Assembly: GCA_036339465.1 (NCBI GenBank)
Contig: JAYZAY010000073.1
Location: 29,502-93,501, forward strand
Direction of reading: 5' to 3'
Source of the DNA: Myxococcota bacterium
GTDB lineage: Bacteria > Myxococcota > XYA12-FULL-58-9 > JABJBS01
Length of the DNA stretch: 64,000 bases
Shown here one piece after another: positions 28,749 through 39,907 of this stretch. Below the pieces are notes generated by a model that ran no database searches, was not told where the DNA came from, and worked only from the letters and a program-made list of their open reading frames with translations. Within the stretch, counting starts at the first letter, position 1. Every line of letters starts with the position of its first letter. The position numbers were made by a program, and so were the translations under genes.

Positions 28749-31232
28749 TTATCTTCCCATGGGTTGGCCACCCGGCGCAGAGACAGGCTCTCTCGAGCCC
28801 ATCCTGTTGGACACCAAATGGAGAATGGGTGGAAAAAGACAAAGGCAAGCAATGAGATTAACACCGAGTCCCACCACAGAGAGGTGACCCAGCATTTGAA
28901 GCCCTTTGTGATTCGCCACAACCAGAGCCACAAAACCGAGGGCGGTGGTTAGAAGCGCGGCACCAATGGCACGGCCGGTTTCATCGATCACTGAATGCAG
29001 GTTCTCACCTTCTCGCATTCGGGCCACCAAATGAACCCCACCATCCACACTAATGCCAAAGAGAGCCGGTAAGATACACACATTCATAAAGTTGATATTG
29101 ATGGGACTCATGGGAATCAAAGCAAAGACGCAGAGCATCGTGAAACATGCAGGTACAATCGCCAATAGGGCGGCTGGAATGTTTCCGAGTAAGAAAAAGA
29201 GAGTGATCAAAACCAGGCTCAGGGTAAAGATAATCACCGGCCAAGATTCTCGAATGACCATTTGAAAAATGTCGGCCAGAATCATGTGTTCGCCAGCAAT
29301 GCGCAAAGATTCTCCATTTGGTAACCTGACAGAACGAACCGTATCTGCAAAGCGAGTAAGGTGTTCCGATATCGCTACATTGTACTTTGGGAAAATCATG
29401 ACATAGCCGGTGTCTTTTCCTTGGGCATCTTCAAATTTCCGACGGATTTCTTTGGGCAGATCGGACTTCTCAAAAGGCGAAGCCTTGGTCATTTTCTTAA
29501 ATTCTCGGAGGGACTTACGTTGGTCTCTTTCGACCCAGCTAGACCGAATCTTTTTGGCGACCTTGCGGATCTTCTCGATCACACGAGCCTTCTCTCCCTG
29601 TTGCTTCGGCACCATATCCGAGCTTGCCGCAATCAACGCAATAGGGGAGTCTTCCTCTTGCGCCATTTTCGCCTTGAGGGCGGCCGCGATAACCAGCTCT
29701 TGCTCTGGCGTGGCGGGCAAGGCGAGGATTGGGGTAGAAGCATGCCCCAAGAGACGTTGGATATCGTCGTCCATTTGAAAAGAAGGGAGGTCACTGGCCA
29801 CCAGCGTTCGACTGTCTCCATTAAAGGTCGCGTAGTGACTTCCCCAGTAAGCAAGTACGGTGAGAACAATGGCGATAAAAGCAATAGGACGTGCTTGGCC
29901 TATAAGCATCTTGCTGTAGGCCGACGGACCATGTGAGGCTCTAAGACGCGGTTTCCAACCAGCACGAATAAAGATTGACATCAGGGCGGGTAAAACCGTG
30001 AGGTAGGCGATCACCATGAGTACCATCCCACCCGCAGCAATCACGCCAAATTCATGAAATGCGCGAAACTCCGAAATACTAAGGCCGCCAAAAGCGACGG
30101 TGGTGGTAACCCCGGCGATAAACACAGATTTTCCCGTATTCCCAAAGGTGATGCCGATGATTTCTTCAGGGCTTCTTTTATTATCCCATTCCAACTGAAA
30201 ACGACCCAGTAGGTGGATCCCATGATCGATACCGAGCCCTAAAAGGATCACGCCGATGCTCGCGGTGAGGATATTGAGAATCCCGAAACTCCACGCTGCA
30301 AATGTCGTGGTCCAAATTAAACCGACCACCAATGGCGTCATAATCATCACAATGGCCGCCAGTCGTCGAAAATGAAACGCCACGTAGCCCAAAACCAATA
30401 AAATGGCGATCCACGCGGTGGACTGAATGTCATCCTTCACAATAGCCTGTTGGTCGATCTTTTTCGTATAATTCCCCCCAAATTCAACAGATATATTGTC
30501 ACCGTAGGTTTTCGTATCCACAGCTTCAACCGTGGCTTTGATTCGGTTGACCACCCCCATGGCAAAGCCCAAATCACTGGACAGCCCCGTGGGTTTGGCC
30601 AAAAGCAGAATAAGCTTTTGTTTTGGGTCGATATAGTACGCCTCACCCATCATGGTTTTTAGGTATTCGCCACGCCTCTCTTTTTCATATCGATGGAGAA
30701 TGTCTTCGAGATTATTTTCAGGGAGCGATACCCTCTCATTGTCTGGAACCACAAAAAATGGGTCGTTTTCCTGACGTTCGTAGGCTTCTCTCTGGGTTAC
30801 GTAGTCGCGAAGCTCCTCTAAATCCCCCATACTCAAGTAGTAGAGTGCGTGTTCTTTAAAGAAATCCCGTGGACGTTTGTAATCGACGTATTTCACACCC
30901 TTGAGGGCTTCGATCTGGGGCACCAAATCATCAACCATGCGCTTGAGCTGATCTGGCTCACCGCCGCTGATGGCAACGGCCACATGCCCGATGCCTCCCA
31001 TGCGCTCTTTTAAAATATGGAGGGCTTCCACACTCGGAAAACTCTGCGGCAAAAGTTCCGTGAGGTCGGCACTGACGTGGAGCCGCTCTTTGGCACTGTG
31101 GATACCCAATCCGGCAGTCAATAAGATAAGCGCCAGGCTAACGTGGGGACGGCGATACATGACGACCGCGTTGCGTCCGAGAACAGCCTCAAAGTTTTGA
31201 GCAATGGCTCCCAGAGTAGTTTTCATTGTCAT
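28749..31232 (-). CDS. MMPL/RND-family lipid transporter
   Basis: Two repeats with GLGIDHGIH and GISVDGGVH, and large periplasmic loops. Confidence 0.9.
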   Translation of the reverse strand: MTMKTTLGAIAQNFEAVLGRNAVVMYRRPHVSLALILLTAGLGIHSAKERLHVSADLTELLPQSFPSVEALHILKERMGGIGHVAVAISGGEPDQLKRMVDDLVPQIEALKGVKYVDYKRPRDFFKEHALYYLSMGDLEELRDYVTQREAYERQENDPFFVVPDNERVSLPENNLEDILHRYEKERRGEYLKTMMGEAYYIDPKQKLILLLAKPTGLSSDLGFAMGVVNRIKATVEAVDTKTYGDNISVEFGGNYTKKIDQQAIVKDDIQSTAWIAILLVLGYVAFHFRRLAAIVMIMTPLVVGLIWTTTFAAWSFGILNILTASIGVILLGLGIDHGIHLLGRFQLEWDNKRSPEEIIGITFGNTGKSVFIAGVTTTVAFGGLSISEFRAFHEFGVIAAGGMVLMVIAYLTVLPALMSIFIRAGWKPRLRASHGPSAYSKMLIGQARPIAFIAIVLTVLAYWGSHYATFNGDSRTLVASDLPSFQMDDDIQRLLGHASTPILALPATPEQELVIAAALKAKMAQEEDSPIALIAASSDMVPKQQGEKARVIEKIRKVAKKIRSSWVERDQRKSLREFKKMTKASPFEKSDLPKEIRRKFEDAQGKDTGYVMIFPKYNVAISEHLTRFADTVRSVRLPNGESLRIAGEHMILADIFQMVIRESWPVIIFTLSLVLITLFFLLGNIPAALLAIVPACFTMLCVFALIPMSPININFMNVCILPALFGISVDGGVHLVARMREGENLHSVIDETGRAIGAALLTTALGFVALVVANHKGLQMLGHLSVVGLGVNLIACLCLFPPILHLVSNRMGSREPVSAPGGQPMGR

Positions 31233-31950
31233 GAGCGTCTCAACTTCAGATATTGTTCGAAGATAACCGGGTTTCGATGGTGTTGTGGGCTCTGCTTACT
31301 CCCCTTGCCCCATTTATTCAACCGATATTGTCCAATTGATGAACGGCGCCGAGGGTGAAATATTCAAAATATTGTTCAAATATTTCCACGATTTAATCAA
31401 AATCAGCGTTACCCTTAGGAATCGGCCCAGCTTTGTCAATCCCCATTCTCTACCAAGGCGTCAAAAAGAAGGTACTGCCGCACATTAAACCCATTAAACC
31501 CATCCCGGGGTGCCCCTGATCCATGCCCTAAAAACCATCGCGAACCATCAAATATTGGATCATTGTTGATTCCCACCAAAAAAAGAATGGGCATACCGGA
31601 GACAGTGCGTATTCCGATGCGCAATTCAAAGCAGGTAGGACACAGGTGACATTGTCAGCCATTCTCTGCGAAGACCGACGCAATCTGAGTAGCCTAGAAT
31701 TCGCCACTTAGGGACACTTTGGGCGGTAAAGATGTGCATAAAGGTAGCATCCGGTCTTGGCACCATTATTGCTATTAACCCACAAGACGAACCCCAAAAA
31801 AGGACAACATACTTTAACAACAGTCGCGACCCTTTGTGAGTATAAAACCACCTAAACCCCTAATAAGGCGTTGCAAACCAGACAAAACGGACCTATGCAG
31901 AGCCCTTCTCATGGACCTTTCGTCGTCTAACGCAAAAAAATGCGCGGATA

Positions 31951-31992
31951 AGAAAACAGAAAAGAGAAAACAGAAAAGAGAAAACAGAAAAG
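31951..31992. repeat. 14-bp tandem repeat AGAAAACAGAAAAG x3
   Basis: Read directly; lies just upstream of the sulfatase gene. Confidence 0.9.
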
Positions 31993-32009
31993 CATAAGAT
32001 TTCGCCATC

Positions 32010-34130
32010 ATGAAAATAAGAACCGCCAATAATTCCAATGACCTGACCGATATGCTTTTCACCGCCCCCGAAGCTGGGGTACTGCGCCCATCAAATCCTT
32101 CTGAAAGCCAAAGTCAAAAAATAACAGGATCAATGTCCTTTGTTTATGGGTGGGTCGCTTTCTGTATCCTACAAACCCTTCTGGTTCGACTGGGCACCCA
32201 ATCTGGCTATGGCTTGACCGCATTTTGGGACGAACTTGGGTTCGCCGCACTCTCTTTGGCCTTTTTCTCATGCCTACGACTGTGGGCCCCCCAATTTATA
32301 GGTCAAGTGGTCTTTGGGCTTTATACCACCTGCCTCATTGTCTTGGCCGGGGCCAATCAGCTCTATTACGATGCATTCCACTCATGGGCAGGTCTCTACA
32401 GCGTTCGCCAGGCGGGAGAATTAGGAGACATCCAAACGAGTATCAGCAGTATGCTACCCTATGATGTCATCCTCCTATGGTTATGTGTTCCCTTCGGACT
32501 CCTTTATGGTTTGGTAAGGTCTTGGAAAACCTGGGAACCCCGTTTGAGCACGCCCCTTCTGGCGCTGGGTATTTTGACCCTCTCGATCGGCCATCTCAAT
32601 CGCGTAAACACCACCTCACCAACCGAGAACCACTTTTTACTTCGCGCCATCCGTTTAGAATCCAAGCGCGTGCTCCAGCGGATCGCCCCCTACAATCCGA
32701 CCAAAGTTCTAGGTGGGACAGCCATCAGCGATGTCTTTGCGCCCATGGAAGGTTACACCCGTCCCGGCTCAGGCAACCACCCTTTGACCCAATACCCCTT
32801 TGCCACGCAAAATCCACAACATACCCCCAACATCATTATTATCGAGGCAGAAAGTTTCAGGAGTGCCGAATCGGGTGCCTATGGCGCACGCCATAGCCTG
32901 ACACCTGAATTTGATAAACTTGCCAAGCAAGGGTTAAGGAGCCATCGTTTTTATGCCTCGGGTATGCAAACCGTTCGCGGTGAATTAGCAATTCATTGTA
33001 GCACCTATCCGGCCTTGGGTGATCTTCCGATATATAAGCGTGTGCCAAAGTCGGATCTCACGTGCTTACCCCAGATTCTAAAGGCGGCGAATTACGAAAA
33101 TCATTGGTTCAGCGCCTACAAGGCTTCCTATTCAGGAAAACGTAAATTCTTAGAGAACCATGGTTTCGACCATATTCATGGGGCTAAAGAACACGGTCAA
33201 CCAGACGATGTCCATGTTGGCTGGGGTATTTCCGATGTGATCATGGCCGACCGAATTGTCGACCAGCTAGACAGATCGGAAAAACCATTCCTGGCAACCT
33301 GGATCACCCTCTCAAACCACCATCCCTGGTATTGGGATTACCCATTAGAATTTCCAGAAGATCTGCAAGTTGATAGCACCAGCGAAGCCTATGACCACTA
33401 TCGCCGCGGCATCTACTACACCGATCATGCTATCGGCTACTTCGTTTCTCAAGTTCGCAAACGCGATTGGGGAAAGGATGCATGGATTGTGATTGTGGGC
33501 GACCACGGCATGGCTATATTTCCGGAAAACTCCAAGCGTTCAGACTTTGGGAAGCTTGAAGCGCACTTTCGGGTTCCCCTCCTGATTTTAGCACCAGACA
33601 TTCTTAAGCCGGGGGTTTTTGAGCGCACGGCATCTCAAGTTGATATTGCACCAACATTGCTGGACATGATGGGCATAAAAGTCCCCAACGCTTTTGTAGG
33701 GCAGAGTATCCTCCGAAGCCCCCAGGCCAAAGCCTCTCCTGCTCTTTTGGTTGGCGCAAATGCAGCATCCCTCGTCTTAGACGACACCCGATGCTTTGCC
33801 TCCACAGTTACATGTAAGAAAAACGAGACACCGCGCTGTGCAGAAAATCAAAATCCAAGCGCCGCTACTCATGTTTGCTTTTCGCAACACTCTGACCTCC
33901 TTTTTGAGGAAGACAATAACCTCAAAACACTTCCCGAAAATAGAACCCAAAAACTGATTAAATACCTAACACTTTTGCCGACAATGCAGACCCACCTAGA
34001 ATCAAGCAATCGTCTAGGAGCTGGCGCGAATTGGGAAAGCTCTCTTGCGGAAATAATGGCAACGCAAACCGAAAACCGAAAACCGACTTCCAAAGCCCAT
34101 AAACCGAAAACCGCAAACCGATTCCCATGA
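32010..34130 (+). CDS. LTA synthase / phosphoglycerol transferase-like sulfatase-superfamily membrane protein
   Basis: N-terminal TM helices, NIIIIEAES, catalytic Thr in QTVRGE, SNHHP, GDHG and SQVDIAPT. Exact start uncertain. Confidence 0.88.
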   Translation: MKIRTANNSNDLTDMLFTAPEAGVLRPSNPSESQSQKITGSMSFVYGWVAFCILQTLLVRLGTQSGYGLTAFWDELGFAALSLAFFSCLRLWAPQFIGQVVFGLYTTCLIVLAGANQLYYDAFHSWAGLYSVRQAGELGDIQTSISSMLPYDVILLWLCVPFGLLYGLVRSWKTWEPRLSTPLLALGILTLSIGHLNRVNTTSPTENHFLLRAIRLESKRVLQRIAPYNPTKVLGGTAISDVFAPMEGYTRPGSGNHPLTQYPFATQNPQHTPNIIIIEAESFRSAESGAYGARHSLTPEFDKLAKQGLRSHRFYASGMQTVRGELAIHCSTYPALGDLPIYKRVPKSDLTCLPQILKAANYENHWFSAYKASYSGKRKFLENHGFDHIHGAKEHGQPDDVHVGWGISDVIMADRIVDQLDRSEKPFLATWITLSNHHPWYWDYPLEFPEDLQVDSTSEAYDHYRRGIYYTDHAIGYFVSQVRKRDWGKDAWIVIVGDHGMAIFPENSKRSDFGKLEAHFRVPLLILAPDILKPGVFERTASQVDIAPTLLDMMGIKVPNAFVGQSILRSPQAKASPALLVGANAASLVLDDTRCFASTVTCKKNETPRCAENQNPSAATHVCFSQHSDLLFEEDNNLKTLPENRTQKLIKYLTLLPTMQTHLESSNRLGAGANWESSLAEIMATQTENRKPTSKAHKPKTANRFP

Positions 34131-34244
34131 CCCATAAGCCGCCCCCCCCAAAAAAAAACCGGGTGTTCACCAACAACGCAAACATACAGGTATTGCAATA
34201 GACACCACACCACCGAACGTTCACTCACATTCATGATGGTAGGC

Positions 34245-34296
34245 ACCACCAAAAATAGGACCACCAAAAATAGGACCACCAAAAATAGGACCACCA
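34245..34296. repeat. 15-bp tandem repeat ACCACCAAAAATAGG x3 plus a partial
   Basis: Read directly from the sequence. Confidence 0.92.
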
Positions 34297-34469
34297 GCTA
34301 CACCCATCAACAGAAAATACGCCGGCGGAAGGTGAATTTCCTTGAACTGACCACTTTACTTGAAAAACCTGCTGCCATCACATGATTTCCCAGACTGCAA
34401 ATCGAAAACCACCGTTCACCTTAAGAAATCCCCCCCCTGCATAAAACAAAGCAAAATGGGATTTATTGG

Positions 34470-35243
34470 TCATCCATCGCCCCAAGGCAATTCATCTGCT
34501 TCCCCTTCGTAACCCCCTATATACACCTCACGAGCACCTTCGTTGCCACAGGCCCAATCGCAATTGGTGAAGAGGAAAGTCACGTTGTCGTAATTGGGAA
34601 CCTTCACCGCGCACATATAGGGTTCGGGAATATGATAAAGGGTGACATTACCGTGGGCCGCCTCAAGCTCCTTTAAACTGCTCCCCAAACCGGTACCCTC
34701 CGCCGTGCGAAGGGTCGGCCCGGGATAAATCCCATACACCCGATCCTTGAGAGTCATCCTCACCCGTAAATCCGCTTTTGGGAATTGGATAATCCGAAAT
34801 CCAACTTGGTCAATATGCCCATCCATCATGGCTTGTTCATCCTCCTTCCCTTCAAAACCATCATGAAAAATCTCTTCCTTGGTTTTACCTTCTAGCGACA
34901 ACGCGGATGCGGGGAGCTGCTTGCCCGGCACCAAATCCCCCACCCCCAACCCATGAATTTCCCCAGAACCTGGAGACAGCGTTTTGGGCCTTCGCATTGG
35001 TCCCACTTTCCGATCGGCGGGCCAGGGCGCGCAGGAAACTTTCCTGGGCTGAACCTCATCGGCAACCATACCACCCAAAAGCGCTACGCCTATACCTCCT
35101 GTGGTTACCGAGACCCCTCGCCAAACCTCTGCGGAGATCTCCACCGTATGTTTGACCCCTTCTGGAGAGGTCCCTCCGCCGCCGGCACAAGCAACCACCC
35201 AAGAACCCACCAGCATTATGGCCCAGTACAATTTCACAGACAT
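34470..35243 (-). CDS. Hypothetical lipoprotein
   Basis: Lipobox VVAC; RTAEGTGLGSSLKELEAAHG motif. Confidence 0.65.
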   Translation of the reverse strand: MSVKLYWAIMLVGSWVVACAGGGGTSPEGVKHTVEISAEVWRGVSVTTGGIGVALLGGMVADEVQPRKVSCAPWPADRKVGPMRRPKTLSPGSGEIHGLGVGDLVPGKQLPASALSLEGKTKEEIFHDGFEGKEDEQAMMDGHIDQVGFRIIQFPKADLRVRMTLKDRVYGIYPGPTLRTAEGTGLGSSLKELEAAHGNVTLYHIPEPYMCAVKVPNYDNVTFLFTNCDWACGNEGAREVYIGGYEGEADELPWGDG

Positions 35244-35279
35244 GGGTCACCACCTACACTCAAAGGCCCATCAAGAGAT

Positions 35280-36032
35280 TCAAAACGGCATTTTTATGAC
35301 AATGCCCCCATCCACACAAGGGTCATGCCCCTCGGGATGGGTGTCCTGAAGCATTTGATTAAAAGCATCGCTGGTCACATGGCAGAGCAGGTAGAGGCCC
35401 GCTTCCTCAAGAAATTTCATCACATCGTGGTGGATATCTCTTCCTCCGGGATCCTTGGCCAAATCAAAAACCCCTTGCCGACCATAAACGTTGTCTTTCG
35501 GGGTAGCACCTGCAGTAAAGGTGGTTGCCTTAATCGCCCTGGTGGTGAGTTCCTGAGTTAATTCGTCCCATGTGGCCTGGGTCAAATCCGCAATATCGTA
35601 CATCATAGCATTTCGAATGGGAAACATGATGGCCATAACCTTGTGAAAGGCCTTCTCATCGTCGCTCAATCCATCTTGGCTGGATTGAATCAAGTCATCC
35701 CCATCAAAAGCCGGCGTCCCTTTCGCCACGAGAACATCACCAGCGGCATTGGCCGCCAAAGCCTCACCCATGGAAAAAAGTGTTTTGCCATTGCGGTCCA
35801 CAACCTGATCGGTACCTGGTTTCAGGCCCGTTTGATGGGGTGTCCCCGTGAAAATACAATAACCCTCGGAATCAATGACGCAAGCATACTTATCTTCAGG
35901 TCTACCCATCGACCCAACGGCAGTGTCACTCGACGCGTCACCACAACGACCCCCTCCTCCTGAATATTCAGCCCCACCGCAGGCGCTCAAAGCCATCACG
36001 CCAATCAAGAGGAAAAACCTGCGCTTATTCAT
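35280..36032 (-). CDS. Hypothetical lipoprotein
   Basis: MNKRRFFLLIGVMALSAC lipoprotein signal. Start moved to 36032. Confidence 0.7.
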   Translation of the reverse strand: MNKRRFFLLIGVMALSACGGAEYSGGGGRCGDASSDTAVGSMGRPEDKYACVIDSEGYCIFTGTPHQTGLKPGTDQVVDRNGKTLFSMGEALAANAAGDVLVAKGTPAFDGDDLIQSSQDGLSDDEKAFHKVMAIMFPIRNAMMYDIADLTQATWDELTQELTTRAIKATTFTAGATPKDNVYGRQGVFDLAKDPGGRDIHHDVMKFLEEAGLYLLCHVTSDAFNQMLQDTHPEGHDPCVDGGIVIKMPF

Positions 36033-36301
36033 CACCCTATTCCCTCCGCGCTTAGACAAGCACCTTGCCCCCTTGATAACATTGGCCTCGGAGCATTCCC
36101 ACTGACGCCACCCAATAACTGCACAAATTGCTTCTCCACCACACACATTTCCCCCTCGCCGGCTTCGAATGTCGCCAATTTCCCGAACACAAGTCCAAAA
36201 AACACCCGTAAAATCCAACTACGGCCCCAGCCAAGGTTGAATATCCAAGCTATCTGAAATAGCCCTGTGGCCGGCTCAATCATAGAGAAGGACTGATCGA
36301 A

Positions 36302-37027
36302 ATGGGACGAACATTCGAAAACCGCAAACACGCCATCCTAAAACGGGGTGCCCGTGATTCCAAGGCCTTTACCCGATGTGGTCGACAAATCAGCATGGCC
36401 GTAAAATCAGGCGGTGGAGATCCTGATACGAACCCCGCGCTTCGAAGAGCCATGCAAAATGCCAGTGCCGCCAATATGTCAAAAGAGAAGGTCAAAAACG
36501 CCATCGACAAGGCTCTAAAGCTAGGGGACACCAGTAATTTTGAGCAAGTTCTTTATGAGGGCTACGGCCCCCATGGCGTGGCCATGATTGTGGACACTGC
36601 CACGGACAATCCCACCCGAACCGTGGCCAACGTCCGTTCCGCTTTTAAGAAGGGCCTGGGAAATCTAGGCAACACCGGTAGCGTATCCTTCATGTTCGAC
36701 CAATCTGGCGTTTTTAAACTAAAACCCGAGGGTATCGAGCGAGACGAATTAGAACTCGAACTCATCGATCACGGGCTCGAAGAGTTGGCCGATGCAGAAA
36801 ACGATAAGGGAGAAGCCCAGCTATTGGTTCGCTGTACCCGGGAAAATTTCGGCACCATGCAAACCGCCTTAGAAGCCCAAGAAATTAACGTGGAGTCTTC
36901 GGGATTTGAATGGATCCCCCAAACCCTCACCGAACTCACCGACGAGCAAGTAGACGATGTCCTCAAATTAATCGCCCGCCTTGATGATGATGACGACGTT
37001 CAAGAAGTCTTTCACACGTTGGCCTAA
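36302..37027 (+). CDS. yebC: YebC/PmpR family protein
   Basis: GGGDPDTNPALR, YEGYGPHG, TDNPTRT and DDDDVQEVF. Confidence 0.95.
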   Translation: MGRTFENRKHAILKRGARDSKAFTRCGRQISMAVKSGGGDPDTNPALRRAMQNASAANMSKEKVKNAIDKALKLGDTSNFEQVLYEGYGPHGVAMIVDTATDNPTRTVANVRSAFKKGLGNLGNTGSVSFMFDQSGVFKLKPEGIERDELELELIDHGLEELADAENDKGEAQLLVRCTRENFGTMQTALEAQEINVESSGFEWIPQTLTELTDEQVDDVLKLIARLDDDDDVQEVFHTLA

Positions 37028-37303
37028 GCCCTCTCCCCCCAAAAAACATTCTACCACCTTCGATTTTTACCGCCCCACCTTTTCCTTCACGAAACTTAAA
37101 CTCACTGAAAATCACCTTCGTGAACACCGCTTTTCACCCACGCGCCGTTCGCCAAACTCGTTAGATTTGAAGGCGCCAGTTTTCCAAATGTCGCAAAATA
37201 GATTTAACCTGCTTTCCCTGCCGTGTACTCGATATTTCCAAAAACAAAAACGCACCACTCTAGGAGGATGGATATGGGGTATTTCGGTGCCCTTTCCATG
37301 AAC

Positions 37304-39205
37304 TCAGGGATCCGGCTTCGTACAACAGGCGCTAACCGGTTGCACCACAGGCGCCAAAGTGCCATCTTCGGACTCTTCATGGCAATGACCATGTGCGTCA
37401 TCGAAATGCCCATGCTCACCTAGGACAGGTTGCACCGAGCCCGGCATGCCAGGCACCACCGACGCCACGAATCCACGAGGTCCCATACGCCATAGACATC
37501 CCAAAAGAAGCAGCCCCATTGCTCCCAAGGCCAGCCATTCCCACCACTCTGCATGCTCATGGGCCATCATTGCCAATTCACCACTGGTGTTATCATCGAT
37601 CATCAAATTCACCAAAAGGCCAAACCCGACGGAAAAGCCAAACACGCCCAAAGCCATGGCCCAGGCGGCCCGACTCGAATGCATGGAACGCAAAACCCCA
37701 AACGTGCTAATATTGGTCGCGGGGCCCGTCATCAAAAAAGCAATCAGAGCTCCGGCCGAAAGCCCCCTATGCAAAAGGACCGCCCCCAAAGGTGTGGCCC
37801 CCGACGCGCAAACATAAACAGGAATACCCACCAAGGCAGCCAAAGGTACTTCCAAAGCATCGGGAATTTCTTGGAACGCCGCCAAATCCATGACCGGCTC
37901 CGCCACGGCACCAATACAAATACCCAAAAAGACCCACGGAAGGATGTCGTCCACATACTCCACAAAACCAAAATCGAAGGATTTCTTCAATTTCTCCTGA
38001 AAACTTGGGGCGACTTCGGATGCGGGAGCTGGGTCATTCATGCTCTCTTTTTCCAACTTCCCATCAAAAAATCGACTCAGGAGCCAGCCACTCAAGATGG
38101 CAATCGCCGTCGCCACCACCACCCTAACCACAGTCAGCTCACCACCCAAAAGAGGAACTGAGAGGATGATTGCATCAATCCCCAACTCAGGGGTCGCAAT
38201 CAAGAAGCCTATTCCAGCCGCAGGAGGCACACCTCTTTGAATCAAACTGCGATAAAACGGCAACACCCCACAGGAGCAGATGGGCAATGGAATCCCCACC
38301 GCTACCCCCTTCACAGATTGCGAAAAACGATTCCCCTTCTTTAAAAACGCAATCCAATCCTGTTTTGCAAAACCATGTAAAAGTCCTGCGCCAATAAAAG
38401 CGGTCAAAAGCGCGGGTGCTGCCTGCAACGAAAGCGTCGTAAAAATATCCACACCTTCTAAACCATTGGGCTCAACGGGACCGGGGGCCTGAAGCTGACC
38501 GATCCCCCACACCACGAGACACCCAAAAAACGCGCCGAAAAACCCAAAATGACTGAGAGACGCTCGGTCACTGGACAAACCTTCCGACAAGCTCGGTGGT
38601 TCATCCAAAGCCACGTGCAGAATAGTGCCCCCCATCAATGCCTGGAAAATCGTCACCCCTTCGAAAGAAAGGCTCGCCACCAGCGCCGCTCCCGCGAAAT
38701 AGCCGACACAGGTCACCACCATCAGCCCTGCCAGAATACAAGTTGCAACCCGACTCCCAAACGTAGAACAAACCATCCACCAAACCGCGAGCCCTAAGGG
38801 CAATCGATGCAATAAGACCCCCAGCCCAAGGGCCGCATCGGAACCAAGCTCTTCACCATGCAACGCCCCATGCTGAATCAAAGCAGCACCATCCATCAAA
38901 CCGTGAACAGCCAAAGCACTCAAGGCCAAGAGAAGCAAAATCGGGCGTACGGTTTTTGTCTTAACGGGCTGAGAGGCGACCTTCTCCAAAAGCAAAGGCA
39001 ACAAGATCCCCACGACCGCAGCTATCAGGGCCGAGGAGCCAGCCACGGCCACCGCTTCGGGAAAGATATGTAAAAAGACCAAACCAAGAACCGTAACGAG
39101 AACAAAACCATCTAACGTTGCCACCAAGGCCGGACGCGGACCGGCAAACCGCAGAAGTAATGGTCCAACCATGAGCGCCAAACAACTTCCAGTCAAAAGT
39201 AGCAT
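37304..39205 (-). CDS. Metal permease: ZIP-like N-terminal domain fused to an ArsP_1/DUF318 permease
   Basis: HIFPE, HGLMDG and HRLP in the ZIP-like part; PICSCG, ATPE, YVCASG and GPATN in the DUF318 part; His/Cys-rich tail. Confidence 0.82.
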   Translation of the reverse strand: MLLLTGSCLALMVGPLLLRFAGPRPALVATLDGFVLVTVLGLVFLHIFPEAVAVAGSSALIAAVVGILLPLLLEKVASQPVKTKTVRPILLLLALSALAVHGLMDGAALIQHGALHGEELGSDAALGLGVLLHRLPLGLAVWWMVCSTFGSRVATCILAGLMVVTCVGYFAGAALVASLSFEGVTIFQALMGGTILHVALDEPPSLSEGLSSDRASLSHFGFFGAFFGCLVVWGIGQLQAPGPVEPNGLEGVDIFTTLSLQAAPALLTAFIGAGLLHGFAKQDWIAFLKKGNRFSQSVKGVAVGIPLPICSCGVLPFYRSLIQRGVPPAAGIGFLIATPELGIDAIILSVPLLGGELTVVRVVVATAIAILSGWLLSRFFDGKLEKESMNDPAPASEVAPSFQEKLKKSFDFGFVEYVDDILPWVFLGICIGAVAEPVMDLAAFQEIPDALEVPLAALVGIPVYVCASGATPLGAVLLHRGLSAGALIAFLMTGPATNISTFGVLRSMHSSRAAWAMALGVFGFSVGFGLLVNLMIDDNTSGELAMMAHEHAEWWEWLALGAMGLLLLGCLWRMGPRGFVASVVPGMPGSVQPVLGEHGHFDDAHGHCHEESEDGTLAPVVQPVSACCTKPDP

Positions 39206-39907
39206 CGATTCATCTTCTCCACGGGCTTGCGTTGCCCCCACCAACCACAAAAATCATGGCTCCGGGCTAAATGACCAACTCAGGGCACTTCGTCAACCGC
39301 AATTGACTCCCCCATCCGACAAAGAAAATCAATTTTAATGTTATATCAACATCCTAGGATTCAATCGAGTTCAAATACAATGATGGAAATGCCCAAAACG
39401 GGTGGCCATATCAATTGCGCATCGCAATCCTTTCTCCGTAGACTCGACACCATTGCTGGTCTGAAATTCTTCTTGATTGATATAAGCATCACGGCGTCTA
39501 CTTCCCTTCCCTTCGGTTCGGTTAAGCCGCATGGCCGCCGGTGCATATATGGGCGCATTCATCGCCGAGACCAAGAAACCGAGGTTGACCGATTTTCTGA
39601 AGACGCCCCCCATGCATTCCCAACATCAGACAATCTCATCACTTCGGTGGAGGCGACATTCTCTCTCACCTTTTTAATCCTGTTTCGGTGCCGTTTACTC
39701 CCCCCCGTCGCGGCACATACCTCGCCCGAAAAAAACCCGTCACCGAAACACATCCCCTACATTTCGTTCCGAGTAATTGACGAACCCACCTAGATTGCCT
39801 ATCTCGTTTCGGGGGACGGGGCAAAATCTGACATGGAGCCAAGTCCCCGGGATGCTATTGCCTCATAACGTTTACACCCCGGAAAACGCCCGCGATGGAG
39901 GTCTACG

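Noticed and set aside
39338..39793. 151-aa ORF and overlapping minus-strand ORFs
   Set aside because: No recognisable motif or RBS; probably decayed or non-coding DNA.
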